Below, one piece after another: positions 21,001 through 29,059 of a stretch of DNA of 64,000 bases (position 1 is the first letter of the stretch; the number at the start of each line of letters is the position of its first letter). Source of the DNA: a virus. Below the pieces are notes generated by a model. It was not told the origin of the DNA. It made no database searches and saw only the letters and a list, made by a program, of their open reading frames with translations. Where the stretch lies: the IMG/VR virus record IMGVR_UViG_3300048839_000196, positions 1 through 64,000 of that record; one strand, given 5' to 3'. The translations under genes and the position numbers were made by a program.

Positions 21001-21350
21001 GTCGCCACTGGAGCTACACCCTCCTCTATAAATTGCTTCTCTCTTCCAACTGCTACCGGCGCAGGAACCTCCTGCCCCGCAAAAGTCCTAGTGCCCAGAC
21101 CTGAGCCAGCGGTTTCCACTGAGCCAGTCCCAGATTCTTGCACTGATGGATTTTTTTTTTCAACGGTCGTCAGGTGACCACGAACGAAAACATCTTCCGG
21201 ATCAGCCGTGAGCTTATTCTCTAGCATAAATCCATGGAGTTTCCTCAATCCGTCTTCTGTGGACACATTATCCCTGAATGACTTCTCGTCGATCTCGCCA
21301 AGTTTGCCGGTACCCTTGAGGTAGGCGTATAAATTTTTAATTGGGTCCAT
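12033..21350 (-). CDS. Large polyvalent protein / ejected virion cargo protein (3105 aa)
   Basis: Two HExxH zincin motifs (LHEGFH, THEVQH..Q..EGF). LPD23-like TGWEKGVDGKWRYE. ART-fold FHGT...YFTSD...GHDGII. LPD38-like C-terminus (FENVSRLAAY...AKNITLNF.KKG). Confidence 0.8.
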   Translation of the reverse strand: MDPIKNLYAYLKGTGKLGEIDEKSFRDNVSTEDGLRKLHGFMLENKLTADPEDVFVRGHLTTVEKKNPSVQESGTGSVETAGSGLGTRTFAGQEVPAPVAVGREKQFIEEGVAPVATTNIAGLPGTPSTPSAGVKSNPTLSEFGIKGADQAIEEVRQARNARRQVSPYPGVRVEESSPVVEKMKAEERARPLSEKSVLEQGSAMIGAVGKEAVANALEAPEYIRDVYYALMTDVAMMKEDRRLKRGEITQAQHDEKKETIRRNVERGLDWTPGPAMLKAAEYISDEFGGLDKWADRQRANTKVVRAKLENADETFTSLVSQGRISEGFRKASIEAIGSMPYMMMAMVPGVGTTAVGLSAGKGKYEQLVEEGYDIGAKEALNSVLTGAFEGITEAVSGKIGKEALKMATRYGRDFAVKGVKAAIVNTLGRIAGNTLEEAGSEALAQLAENIVDKATIDKGRNIFEGVLDAAVIGGIAGGGVTSTGAAIGAAPVVGRAAADQMMAGTTPTQEDYQARADIMREEAGRITQGRNAQADAIQEQQEVAQPTGRQYSDEAKMIATQIPVSETDDAEGVKVAYDAHLDKVEAQFGQESPEYRQAVTRGEEVVAFLTEEKAAANDIRESVMRVEYLDEVLADQGITPETRARLEQERRDAETDLIGRMQAKDKGDFGLTDGRTVQNVQAMDMGELNNDPVLSSAYRVADALKGLGVPVLVVDESSRPKLEQTLGKEGADNVLGSRAVYASGGKGKSKIIMLNRGAATSDSALHEGFHVIIEHAATQRPEEVDALVQKIKPHVNQRTPVKLKDGRTITVGEYLDLFVAQYKDRQDVQSEEYLAELGAVVSQGLAEVKDKTALGRIEKAINDFIAAIIGENKLVIRLTTSGDAVALFNTMQKGLQYGDRQAVQQAMQMFGRAAEGRRGVFASTEANVGAVEKEGIDAAKEDKLKVYKQIVGERADLRADILENLEFAKKLAEKSGDEYEKSRRAIWNQTGWEKGVDGKWRYEVPYQDLISKESLPRIARGLDRGNSIGLRAALGTDSEIVRLYNDELIVRSENVIEDRFRVTFQEEDDSSWRGAFRKPPSRTGFGTININPDVYGYAMSMAKNYYLVHKDEAWDKLMSDEKLAKSIDDLNSTFTHEVQHAIQYIEGFESGANSNYYQSILERVGRLESRYLRAFFDAIKYEKELMAAEDKLNQDPDLANKKITIMQYRIFSETFVPITVEYSYIPDMLASFRKRWEDSGMADDYYRKGREEQAKLDGEKSKLTGPLKGILDSFAAYRATAGEVESRAAQQRRKLTDVERKVMPISEFYDIATESIIFLSEVQSAVNQQPEIRQQKLSVEDFEWLGPEGQENFRKWVGDAPIVDGEDVLEIQTGQPVVIQAFHGTTNSFYSFDKANEKGEIGGQFGKVNYFTSDQYDAQANYTTGGPDLEYKIRRDADDLSQSFDMDGLSPEEVIDMFNLTDAQLETFDRNDLESLALAISYNRHNGGEDKVLDLFVKLNNPVRIADDQYIDMMPDVSAYMEDAAQEMADENDITPEEALEDYEFDVRQRALDLSGEELTVVQALQDAIDEWAPRETTTADQILEDRIYEDSISTAALEAAIRRDLPYAEDEEGRLVSSQIVAQTFRNLGHDGIIINASVRFPSMDMQDMTAHIHVFDEFANQIKLADGSNMTFGEGVDIRQQKKIDTTEKLRSEPPVFDLSDFTAKSNKRAETYHQESKQRYEAMFDKHPSSVQTDDLSSLERVGKTFVAFEKGGSVGNVAKVEAALSDNARPLYEMVSRITERISTVKDGKVSREDVMRGALVASLDKDAVPVYDVLGVVGAIDDVFVSTVDGQQMVRVEDAVSLLANTPGGLDSAEAKQLLSLYDNAAENRVEKINSTLDAYAESTQGYNVSKISPKIDTKGRSIPAAVVGLGRVAKDSLLHKVATGYTPKPGVDYKVTPMSSRASIIAQATGQKTPVVESIFNAIWNEIPAQSRDDAFFELAQNEFGFELQAMAIKDGDSGIDIRQQKASPALRAYPEYKAARKYVNDNYDRIPDLEIVRNTARNFGMFESDAKELFEVVSGRGYRAPGSPMAGAVEEANRFWRRMGKLLGDSQVKNKRDFAYSFDFRFGNFLAPLRKFQRDIEKQIGVLLPGTLNAYDAMQLYSSASIYELQAHTLWFWGDNGSKSSKDKSFVGRVTKQLGGVNKFNEFLLALHLPERLLRKLDLLEKYQKDIFSDIERLMASAQQGISSLQTTGIGTAQFWQVANQQASVDPNLARLIAKFNDLQQRIAEMNDAYIKALDRQAEFLSRISGQSFPVIQPGQPLPTNPELNKYMQFYEEFRDKMLTPYLDALMAAGRIDQKRYDHLVKGTSDESTIQWKYYVPMMYSEDAVNHELGITNGERIVNLNGIEGLSKPYDQKTRHKLLNMQAEDVVRPLELAFARLASATRQKHRQDALRRFAELARQHGATDRIRVFSARNVPKMDKYGNIVGAQSLLPKEILENSVPFYEGGKVKYIYFSNPGDQMLAMLRSPDVEGEMSTFMKWYSAILGVMRIGITSLSPTFILNNFLRDIQESSINIRVENDLLQINNTKLKKAWRKRWREAAAQQITPFIASKRVHSDMDRYYAEYLQIGASMGWNFDSSGIFTDIAGKVNERIRDAERVAASGLPRDLATSKNAMIEMMMGLSARFENVSRLAAYASMRDLGVDPIRAAAIAKNITLNFEKKGQFFRGSAGRFISGLYLFLNAGLQSGRKLVKQLSNPAGRRMLALYGMGSTAFRVMLHALYATGDDDEEPKEKGEITMQHGLDRYMNSAFMRQFYLAIPNPFDVDDPVLIPRPYGALRVVGLVADGVVDASLGKRSLLSVTSDVKSAFFTSLDPIGFVSGEITNAVPTLMRPFAEVIVNRDWMGRQILFSREDTRMYAQANKRTLQFYKDLTPSLYAATGLSISPTHMEHIIESYTRTLYPLKFAYGWGKSWDDFNKSADKDKEDKTFTEWMWDQGRINLIAYKPNLSQNERQDMYNFMSMTDVGAKAPLVPPTWTDQEIEYLTRAAKVIRREKLLREQDINSQMVNVALEMQRSGQLDRKASDGKTYRQKIMAIVSSGGRDGFRKKLREAEKGD

Positions 21351-21416
21351 CCGTTATTATTTGAGCGGCAACTCCTGTCACCATGAATATCAATAGTAAT
21401 ATGCCAAATAGCGCGA

Positions 21417-23027
21417 TCACTGAGATCCGGGCGTTTTGTACATGAGTGGGACTGTGGGCCCGGTAACTTTCACTGGCTCTGGCGCCTTGAATAACTCCGA
21501 CACATTGCTGGCCTTTTTTTCCGGCTGCGCTTGAGCTGGCTTTGCTGCGCCACCTTTCGTTCTAATTGGGTAAGAGAAGGTGGACATTCCATAGCCAGTG
21601 ATGATTTGATTATACGAACTCCTTGAGTTTGCGTCACGAAGAGCGCCATCGAACAAAGATGGCGAGAATGGCAAGAACTCTGGGCGATTAGACACCGTTA
21701 CTGTTTCAGAGTAAGAGTCGCCCTCAGTACCATCAACGCCTATCGAACGCTTTACATCCTTGGCGTAGGCTTCCATCCAAGCGTTCCCTTCTTGATCCAC
21801 AAGCATCCTTCCGAACCGATAGGTCGGAGTTTCAATCCCTTGAGGAATGAGGCTTGACTGGCCGAGAAGTTTTGCTCCTGAAGCCGGTATAACTATGCGC
21901 TCGCCGTACTTCTCTGGCCGTTCTCCGGGCTTCAGCGGTTGGCCGGTTTCTTTATTAATTACCTTGCCTTCGTGATTCCGCACATACTGCGCCTCATTGA
22001 AGCGGATATTTGCGAGATCCCATGCGCCGCGCTTCTCTTCGATAGTCTTGGCCGCGACGATTGCATTCGTAGCAAGTATCAGCGCATCCCCCGATGGCTG
22101 ATCACCACCTCTTGCTGCCATCCTTGCTATGTTGTTCCGCTCGCGCTCAAGAGCTTGTTCAATCGCTGGATTCTTAACAAAGGTTCTCTTAATATCCCTT
22201 GTCACTTTGGCGCTGGTGTACGGAGCAAGAACTCTTGGAAGCTCAGCCAAACGATTGTCCTCGGTGAGTTCTACACCTCTGTCAGATAGGCGCCTATCGA
22301 CAATGGCCTGTACGCGCTTGTCTGAAAGTAGTGCATCTGCGATGCCGCTATCCACAAGACCTTGTGGATCTTTGATCTTCACTGTGCCGGTGGAAGTATC
22401 ATACTCCATGACATTCGAGAACTCCATCTTGAAGGTCTCCTCGTCCATGCCAAAGTAGTGACGTGCGGCTGCGCCCTGTGCTGGCGTCAGGTTGCCCGGG
22501 GTGGTGATCTCACTGACCACTTTGCCGATCTGATCTAGCCGGTTCTTCATTACAATATCCTCATTGAGGGCGCCGGGTGTTTTGAGTAGCACGTCCTCTG
22601 CGTCCATGCCATTCATTATGTTTTTCTCCAGCTCGTCAAGCGTCCCTTCTTTAACATACTGCGCACGGATAGCCGCTAGCGCTGTTGGTGTATTCACCTC
22701 ATTGTCAGCCTTATATACTGCTGCACTCTGTTCAATGAAGTCCTTGAACTGCTCTGAGTAGCCATACACTTTGGCGTACTCAGCCGCAGCCGCAGATACC
22801 TTTTGCTGATCCACGTCAAGGCTATCCCCGATCGCTTTGATCTGATCGGTCAGTAGCTTTGATGCCTGCTCAGCATACGGGCCATAGATCTGCTTAGCAT
22901 CCATGATGCCTTGCAGTTTTTCCGTAGCTACGTCCTTGCGCTGACGTTGCCGCTTGGCTACATCTGCAAAGATTTCACTAAAGGACGGGTCTTGCCCGGA
23001 GAAATATGATCTGATTCCTGATCTCAT
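21417..23027 (-). CDS. Putative ejected virion cargo protein
   Basis: Helical N-terminus; lies between the muzzle-linked small cargo gene and the giant protein. Confidence 0.5.
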   Translation of the reverse strand: MRSGIRSYFSGQDPSFSEIFADVAKRQRQRKDVATEKLQGIMDAKQIYGPYAEQASKLLTDQIKAIGDSLDVDQQKVSAAAAEYAKVYGYSEQFKDFIEQSAAVYKADNEVNTPTALAAIRAQYVKEGTLDELEKNIMNGMDAEDVLLKTPGALNEDIVMKNRLDQIGKVVSEITTPGNLTPAQGAAARHYFGMDEETFKMEFSNVMEYDTSTGTVKIKDPQGLVDSGIADALLSDKRVQAIVDRRLSDRGVELTEDNRLAELPRVLAPYTSAKVTRDIKRTFVKNPAIEQALERERNNIARMAARGGDQPSGDALILATNAIVAAKTIEEKRGAWDLANIRFNEAQYVRNHEGKVINKETGQPLKPGERPEKYGERIVIPASGAKLLGQSSLIPQGIETPTYRFGRMLVDQEGNAWMEAYAKDVKRSIGVDGTEGDSYSETVTVSNRPEFLPFSPSLFDGALRDANSRSSYNQIITGYGMSTFSYPIRTKGGAAKPAQAQPEKKASNVSELFKAPEPVKVTGPTVPLMYKTPGSQ

Positions 23028-23028
23028 A

Positions 23029-23739
23029 TTAAATATATGGACTATTCGTAGGGAATGGAGCGTGCATTCCAGTGAATTTTGGCGCCCTCTTATTATTCAT
23101 AAACAATCCCATCAGCGTTGACACCACCTTGTTATCCGCCTCAGCGGAGTACAGGTTCCCAAAGGTCGATCCAAGCGAGCGCAAGCCTCCGTAAACATTT
23201 GCCCCGCCCATGCCCATCATCTCAAGGCCAAGCGAAGAGCGCTGTTCGAAAGGCTGCATCTCGTTTATATCAAATGCCTTCTGCCGTTCACCGATCATTA
23301 CACGCTGCGCTCCTTCAAGTCCGGACAAGCGCTCCTGATATGCGGCATCCTCCTGCATAGCTGTCTGACGAAGTGCCCGGTTTGTTTCAGCTTGGGTCGT
23401 TCCAATGGCGCCAAGTAGTGCAGCACTGCCGGGGGCAGCTTGCCGGGCGTTGTAGATAGTCCCTGCCTGATTGGCAAAGATATCATTCTCCAGATCACGG
23501 AAAGCACCGGGCGTTGCGTTGAGCGTAGCTTGCCGCATACCCATCATCTGTCTAGCTTCCGGGGCGATGTCATACGTTGGTCGATTAGCGAACGAATCCT
23601 CAAACATCTTGCGACCACGGCGGCGATCGGCAATACCCTGAAAGATTCCATAAAGAGACGATCCTATATCGAACGCAGCCCCAATTCCACCGAGTGCTGC
23701 CATAGTTCCCATTTGAGTAGGTCCAGTAGGTCCAGCCAT
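23029..23739 (-). CDS. Putative small ejected/internal virion (pilot-like) protein
   Basis: Gly/Ala-rich hydrophobic N-terminus and a Gln/Ala coiled coil; directly follows the stabilisation protein. Confidence 0.55.
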   Translation of the reverse strand: MAGPTGPTQMGTMAALGGIGAAFDIGSSLYGIFQGIADRRRGRKMFEDSFANRPTYDIAPEARQMMGMRQATLNATPGAFRDLENDIFANQAGTIYNARQAAPGSAALLGAIGTTQAETNRALRQTAMQEDAAYQERLSGLEGAQRVMIGERQKAFDINEMQPFEQRSSLGLEMMGMGGANVYGGLRSLGSTFGNLYSAEADNKVVSTLMGLFMNNKRAPKFTGMHAPFPTNSPYI

Positions 23740-23775
23740 AGCTTTAAATTTTGCTGTAAATATACAAATATAGTT

Positions 23776-26700
23776 TTAACTTTGCAACATGGCGTGTCCT
23801 CTCGATACGTCATATTGAACAACAACGGTATTCATAGCAAAGTTCTGATCGAACTGTATTGCCAGTGGAAGATAAAGTCCCCTGACTTGTTCGCCAAAGA
23901 TCAGAGCTTCTTCGTATGTCGTGTGCCCCGGGGACAATCTGTCCCTAAGAAAGGATGCGTAGAACATACTCTCCATGTGCGCGTATTCATCGGCCACTAG
24001 GTCGGTGCCCTGAATGAATGGCTGATCGCTCTTCAGGTGTGTCCACTCTGGCGCAACAGAAGAGGCTATACCTATACTTTGCGGTAGCTTCACCTCTATA
24101 TCTCCGCTTCCAATCGGGAAGGATATGATCGACTTGAATGCCTGACCGTAGTAACTCATGCTACTACTGTCATGAATATAAAGGTCGGCGCCATTAAATG
24201 ACAGAACGTACCTACTCACACAGGCCATCCAAGAGGGAATAAAATCCTGCGCTGTTGACCAGCCATTTACCTCCGGGTGATAGCGCCACACCTGACCGGC
24301 AGCAGGCTCATGCGGGTCGATCACCGTGGTGTCGTAGCCAAGTAGGCTATTAACCCCGATCTCATTTGGGATAAACACACAGTACTCGCTAGTCCTGCCG
24401 TCCACCGTGGCGTATAGCCTGTTCGATGAGTCTAGTTCGTACAAATTCTCCGTAAAGAACCGGGCCATGCCGTTCTCGCTGATTGGTGTGAGTCCGTTTT
24501 GCGAGTACTGTACAACAAGGCCATTGATGCGATCTACGAAATATACCCTGCCTTCATCGACCGCTACGCTTTCCGGGTTCACTGTGCCGTAGCTTCCGCG
24601 TAGGTTATTAATGGTACCTATGACAGCGCCAGACGTAGCAAGAATGGCTGCTCCTGCATTGTCAACCAGTCTTGTTTCGCCAAGGTAGATTGAGCTTGTC
24701 TCTGTTTCACAGATGGCGAGCATAATTGATCCATACTCTTGTGTCCGGATGGTTAGCTTGAGTGACCTGAGTGGACCAGCGTTGCTATCTAGGTCCACAT
24801 AATCCAGCGCATCAAAGCTACTCAGCCCATTTACCTGTGTGTCAGCGAGGCGAACGTTCGAGTAGCAGATACTCCCGGGGCGAACCGATCTTGACCCATC
24901 AAGTATAACAATATTGGGGCGTCCTATGTCTGTGATCCACTGCTTCCAGTGCTGATCCGATGGGTTCATGGTTTCGACAAGACCATCTCCGGTAAGTTCG
25001 TATGTTCGTTCCTTGATGGTTATGTCGCCAGATAGAACTACAGACGTAGCAGATAGAGATCTTGTTGGCGATCCGGGGTTCGTTACCGGGTGTACAGAGG
25101 CGACCTCATAGAATGTTTCCTCAAGGAATCCCCGCTTAGGTGTGATGATCTCGAACAAATGATTCTTGCCCGCCGAGGTCAATGACCCTATATCCTTGCC
25201 CTGAATAACAACATACGAACCGACCGTATCAATAATCTCTGCGGTGTATTTCTCGCCTGACTCAAAGTACAGCTTGAGCACATCGCCTTCAAGGAAAGAG
25301 TAACCCATGCCGAATGAAACAGCAGGAGATATGTTTATGGCAACGCCCTGTACTTTACTGGTGTCGAACGTGTCGGTCAGTACAGCCCCGGGCGTGTCGG
25401 CGAACTGCCAATTCCCATCCTTGTCTTTGCCAACATACTGAATGTCAGTGCCAAACCCTTGCAGGAATGACTGATGCGTTAGTGACTTGGTGCGAACGAC
25501 CTGATAATGTGTTGCCCACTCTGGGATCTGATTTGAAGTGAAGCTCAGTGTCACCGCTATATTCGGCGCTGCTGTTGGGCGCTGATAATCCCGATCTGGG
25601 ATCAGGACCACTGCATCTTCTGGCGAATAAACCCCTGAGTTGCGACCAGCGAAGTCGTAGAAGACTACACCCACGCGATACCGGGCACCTGATTTGAATG
25701 CTGCGCCAGAGTCGAATACAGATGGCGTGCCGTCGATACCGTAGACGAGTGCATCCCCGTCTGGAGTACCGCCTGCGTATGTGCGGTTCACCAAGAATAC
25801 TTCGACGGTTTGAAACTCCGGTGATATAGTGAGCTGATTCCTCAAGTAAAGCTCAAGTAGTGTGTCATCATCCCCTTCAGCTAGAGTTAGCACGCGCTTC
25901 AGTGGATCGAGTACAATGTTTGCCGGTAGGCTATTGGTAAAAAACCCGTTGTAAGAGATACTGTCTAGTCGGTAATATCCGTTGATCGAATCATCAAGAC
26001 TATCTACCCTAATGAATAGCATATTGCTGGTTAGTTCACCAGCGCCAAAGACTGCGTTAGGGTCGCCCGGGTTGAACAGGTTTACGATGAGTGACGCATA
26101 TACATACGTTCCCCAGATCGAAGACTCACCTACCTCCCCTGCTTCCGCTTGAGCCGTGATCGTGCCCTGCGTAACCGCCTCGTAACCGAATACGTTGTTT
26201 CCAAGGAAAAGGCGATTTTTCGCTGCTGCCAGAGCGCGAGAAGAGATTGGTACGTTGTCAAATAGTTTTGCTGAATACTCCTCCGATATTGCAATCCCAT
26301 TCGTGTCGTTGTAAAAATTGTAGGAAAGCGATTGAACTCCTTGATTGTGTAGGTCTATGGCCTGACTATCTCGATCCTTGCGCCACTCCTTAATGGTGAA
26401 AAACGAACCGGTATTGCCAAGCCTGACATGCAAGCGTATCTTATCTACCTCGTAGTCAATGTTTTGCCTAGAGTCCATGGTCACAACGATCGTGTCGAAC
26501 TCTTCGTCTTCGCTGTTTTGAAGTGCGGCTCTTGAGTATGGAGAGATCACAGAGAACTCATAATCCCTGTACACAAATGAAAACGCGAACTGAAAGGCAT
26601 CGTCGTCTATGAGATTGAGCTCCCGATTGTTGTCCTGCTTTGAAACAAGTGGCGCATAACGTGGGTATGGCCGAATAAGTTCTACATCTTCTGCTGTTGG

Positions 26701-27192
26701 GCTGACATATATAACCGGCACTGATCCGTTTGGCGAAACGTAGGTTGCATTGTATGTACGAAGCCCGCGCTCTACATTTATTTTCTTTGGAGGCTTGTCA
26801 TCTTGAACCCAATAGAGGATATCTCCAACCTTATCAACCCCGGTGATCGGTGTGTCGCCAAGCCCAAGGTATGCGCCGGTCGCAACAATTCGGATGGCCT
26901 CGGTGCGCTCATCGAACATCATAATGCGGTGTTCGGTAGATGCGTTGTACAGGAAATAGTACAGGCGACCCAGTTCTTTTTCTTCATAGGCGCCAACAAC
27001 CACTGATCCGGCAAGCTGTATGCGCTCTGTGATCTTCCTATTCCCCGGCGTCGGCTTGACGCTGGTTATACTCCCGTCCTGAGCGATGACATAGCTGACG
27101 TTCTCCGCATTAAGCAGATCGGTTTCCGGGAACACGGAAAGGTCGGCATCACTATTAACCCTGCCGCTGAATATTTTCCTTTGTGTCTTCAT
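23776..27192 (-). CDS. Tail stabilisation/muzzle protein (crAss-like)
   Basis: N-terminal F..R.NSD.D...LNAENV, YWVQD...PKKINV, NRLFLGN, YRVGVVFYD..GR, YG..NPES...YFVD; beta-propeller pattern. Confidence 0.8.
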   Translation of the reverse strand: MKTQRKIFSGRVNSDADLSVFPETDLLNAENVSYVIAQDGSITSVKPTPGNRKITERIQLAGSVVVGAYEEKELGRLYYFLYNASTEHRIMMFDERTEAIRIVATGAYLGLGDTPITGVDKVGDILYWVQDDKPPKKINVERGLRTYNATYVSPNGSVPVIYVSPTAEDVELIRPYPRYAPLVSKQDNNRELNLIDDDAFQFAFSFVYRDYEFSVISPYSRAALQNSEDEEFDTIVVTMDSRQNIDYEVDKIRLHVRLGNTGSFFTIKEWRKDRDSQAIDLHNQGVQSLSYNFYNDTNGIAISEEYSAKLFDNVPISSRALAAAKNRLFLGNNVFGYEAVTQGTITAQAEAGEVGESSIWGTYVYASLIVNLFNPGDPNAVFGAGELTSNMLFIRVDSLDDSINGYYRLDSISYNGFFTNSLPANIVLDPLKRVLTLAEGDDDTLLELYLRNQLTISPEFQTVEVFLVNRTYAGGTPDGDALVYGIDGTPSVFDSGAAFKSGARYRVGVVFYDFAGRNSGVYSPEDAVVLIPDRDYQRPTAAPNIAVTLSFTSNQIPEWATHYQVVRTKSLTHQSFLQGFGTDIQYVGKDKDGNWQFADTPGAVLTDTFDTSKVQGVAINISPAVSFGMGYSFLEGDVLKLYFESGEKYTAEIIDTVGSYVVIQGKDIGSLTSAGKNHLFEIITPKRGFLEETFYEVASVHPVTNPGSPTRSLSATSVVLSGDITIKERTYELTGDGLVETMNPSDQHWKQWITDIGRPNIVILDGSRSVRPGSICYSNVRLADTQVNGLSSFDALDYVDLDSNAGPLRSLKLTIRTQEYGSIMLAICETETSSIYLGETRLVDNAGAAILATSGAVIGTINNLRGSYGTVNPESVAVDEGRVYFVDRINGLVVQYSQNGLTPISENGMARFFTENLYELDSSNRLYATVDGRTSEYCVFIPNEIGVNSLLGYDTTVIDPHEPAAGQVWRYHPEVNGWSTAQDFIPSWMACVSRYVLSFNGADLYIHDSSSMSYYGQAFKSIISFPIGSGDIEVKLPQSIGIASSVAPEWTHLKSDQPFIQGTDLVADEYAHMESMFYASFLRDRLSPGHTTYEEALIFGEQVRGLYLPLAIQFDQNFAMNTVVVQYDVSRGHAMLQS

Positions 27193-27929
27193 CCCTTGAT
27201 GGACATTTTAATGTTGTCGCGCTCGATGTTCAACAAATCTTCTTTTGTTAGTGCGTAGTTAGCTGCCCGCATCTTGCGCTCAGCGTTGCGGTAGTCTCGC
27301 TGAAGGCGCTCTACTTCTCCGATCCGCTTGCCGGATAGCTTAGCTAGTTGCAAAGAGATGTAGGTTTCCACCGTCTCTTCTGCATATGCAGGAATGAAAG
27401 CTCCTGCGCTTGCGTACTGCGTCTGTCCGATGTACTCCACAACCACGGTCTCGCCAGCAGGAATGTGCTCCCCGATAAGCATGGCGTTCCTTTCTGGGAT
27501 TACTTTAAAAACATCCGTCTTCGTGCCTGTGCCAAGGCCATACAGGCGCCCAAGTTGTTCGCCATACTGAGAGATGTAGGAAGAGTTATACGGGTCGTAT
27601 ATGCCTGATATGCCGTAGCTATCGAACGGCACCTGATCGTTCGTCCTGATGGACGGACGGCGGCTGTACGATACATTCTGACTCATAGGTACAACATAAC
27701 GCCCGCGCTTGTGTCCGACCTTGATATAGTCGATATAATTGGCTGGCAGTTTAATCTCGCCGTTGTCGTCCACGGTTAGCTCTGCTGTCATAATAACGCC
27801 AGAGTGCAGCAAGTGGATCTCGCGAAGACAGCGGAGTGCCATCTGAAGTACGTTGACATAGTAGTGCATGGTCAATCCATTTGACGCTAGGGATGAACGC
27901 ACTATTGAGTCTATGGTTGTTTGGTACAT
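27189..27929 (-). CDS. Tail tubular/ring protein
   Basis: LP.NYIDYIKVG and P.YAEE.V..YI motifs; directly upstream of the muzzle gene. Confidence 0.7.
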   Translation of the reverse strand: MYQTTIDSIVRSSLASNGLTMHYYVNVLQMALRCLREIHLLHSGVIMTAELTVDDNGEIKLPANYIDYIKVGHKRGRYVVPMSQNVSYSRRPSIRTNDQVPFDSYGISGIYDPYNSSYISQYGEQLGRLYGLGTGTKTDVFKVIPERNAMLIGEHIPAGETVVVEYIGQTQYASAGAFIPAYAEETVETYISLQLAKLSGKRIGEVERLQRDYRNAERKMRAANYALTKEDLLNIERDNIKMSIKG

Positions 27930-29059
27930 TATTGAATAGGTTGTTTATCGGTTCGTAAATCCGCTGGCCCATCCGCACTCAGGATATTTAGCACTGCTTC
28001 GATGACTGAGGACTCATAGTCAGCAGGGATGGGCAGCAAGTCGTTCTCTCCGATCTGTTCCGGGTCAACCACTACGAGTCGAACACGCACTGTGCTAGGC
28101 ATGACCGATGCTGGCTTATTAAATACTACGGTCTTGTGCCCGTACCACTCATAGGCTATCTGATCTGCCAAGATATCTGAAAGGCCGGTATGTGATACGC
28201 CAGACATAACCGACATCTCGTTTGGCTGTACCGGAATGTAAGCAGAAAAGTGATCAGTCGGATGGCCGATGTTCCAGATTCCCATGCCATGCGGCAAAGA
28301 GATCGGCTGAGTGGGCAGTGTGATCTTAGCCCGGCCTCTTGTGTCGGTGATTACTACATCGCAGCGCTGAAGGCTTGAGATATTCTCGTAGTAGGTGTTG
28401 TTACCTACAAGGATGTTGTTCGTCTCGCCAACTAAAGTAAGCACCTCCTGCTCTAGCGTTAGTGAGTCCTGCCAGAAGTATTCAAAGCGCAGGAAGTTTT
28501 CGCCGACAACTATATCGCTCATGGCTATCAGTGCGAACTTACTTGGCGTTCCGTCTTGGGCGCCAACGAGTTCAATGTATGAATTGTCTGTTCCCGCCCG
28601 GATGAATGACTCAAGGTTATCTGGAGTCTTGCCTTCGGGGAGTGTGAATCCAGAGATCAGAATGGTGTATTGTGCCTGAGATACTTCGGTTACTGCGATG
28701 GTCAATCCCTGACCACCTAATGCCCAATAGTCATCATCTTCCGTGGACCAGCCCTCTCCGTCCTGTATTGCCCAGACTTGGGACGAGTACTTAAACTGTC
28801 CGAAGTCGTAACACTTTTGGTTGGTGACCCTTCCGCCTGTGTCTGAGGTGACGGCTAATTCATAGGTGGCAATCGCAGATCCGTTGACATAGCGCTCAAC
28901 TAGTGGGATGTGGATATTGGTGTACTCCGTCTTGATCATGGCGTTGATTGACTTTATGATCAGGTCGTACACTTCCCGCTCGTCGATGTTCGCATCATCA
29001 GTGTAAGCAGCGCCATATCTCCTAAGCAGAATTTGCTCTGCCATTTGCTTTAGTGTCAT
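27929..29059 (-). CDS. Tail ring/neck protein with an internal insertion
   Basis: N-terminal MTLKQMAEQI...IDEREV; C-terminal LP..PISLP.GMGI...LPIPADYE..VI..VL. Confidence 0.65.
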   Translation of the reverse strand: MTLKQMAEQILLRRYGAAYTDDANIDEREVYDLIIKSINAMIKTEYTNIHIPLVERYVNGSAIATYELAVTSDTGGRVTNQKCYDFGQFKYSSQVWAIQDGEGWSTEDDDYWALGGQGLTIAVTEVSQAQYTILISGFTLPEGKTPDNLESFIRAGTDNSYIELVGAQDGTPSKFALIAMSDIVVGENFLRFEYFWQDSLTLEQEVLTLVGETNNILVGNNTYYENISSLQRCDVVITDTRGRAKITLPTQPISLPHGMGIWNIGHPTDHFSAYIPVQPNEMSVMSGVSHTGLSDILADQIAYEWYGHKTVVFNKPASVMPSTVRVRLVVVDPEQIGENDLLPIPADYESSVIEAVLNILSADGPADLRTDKQPIQ

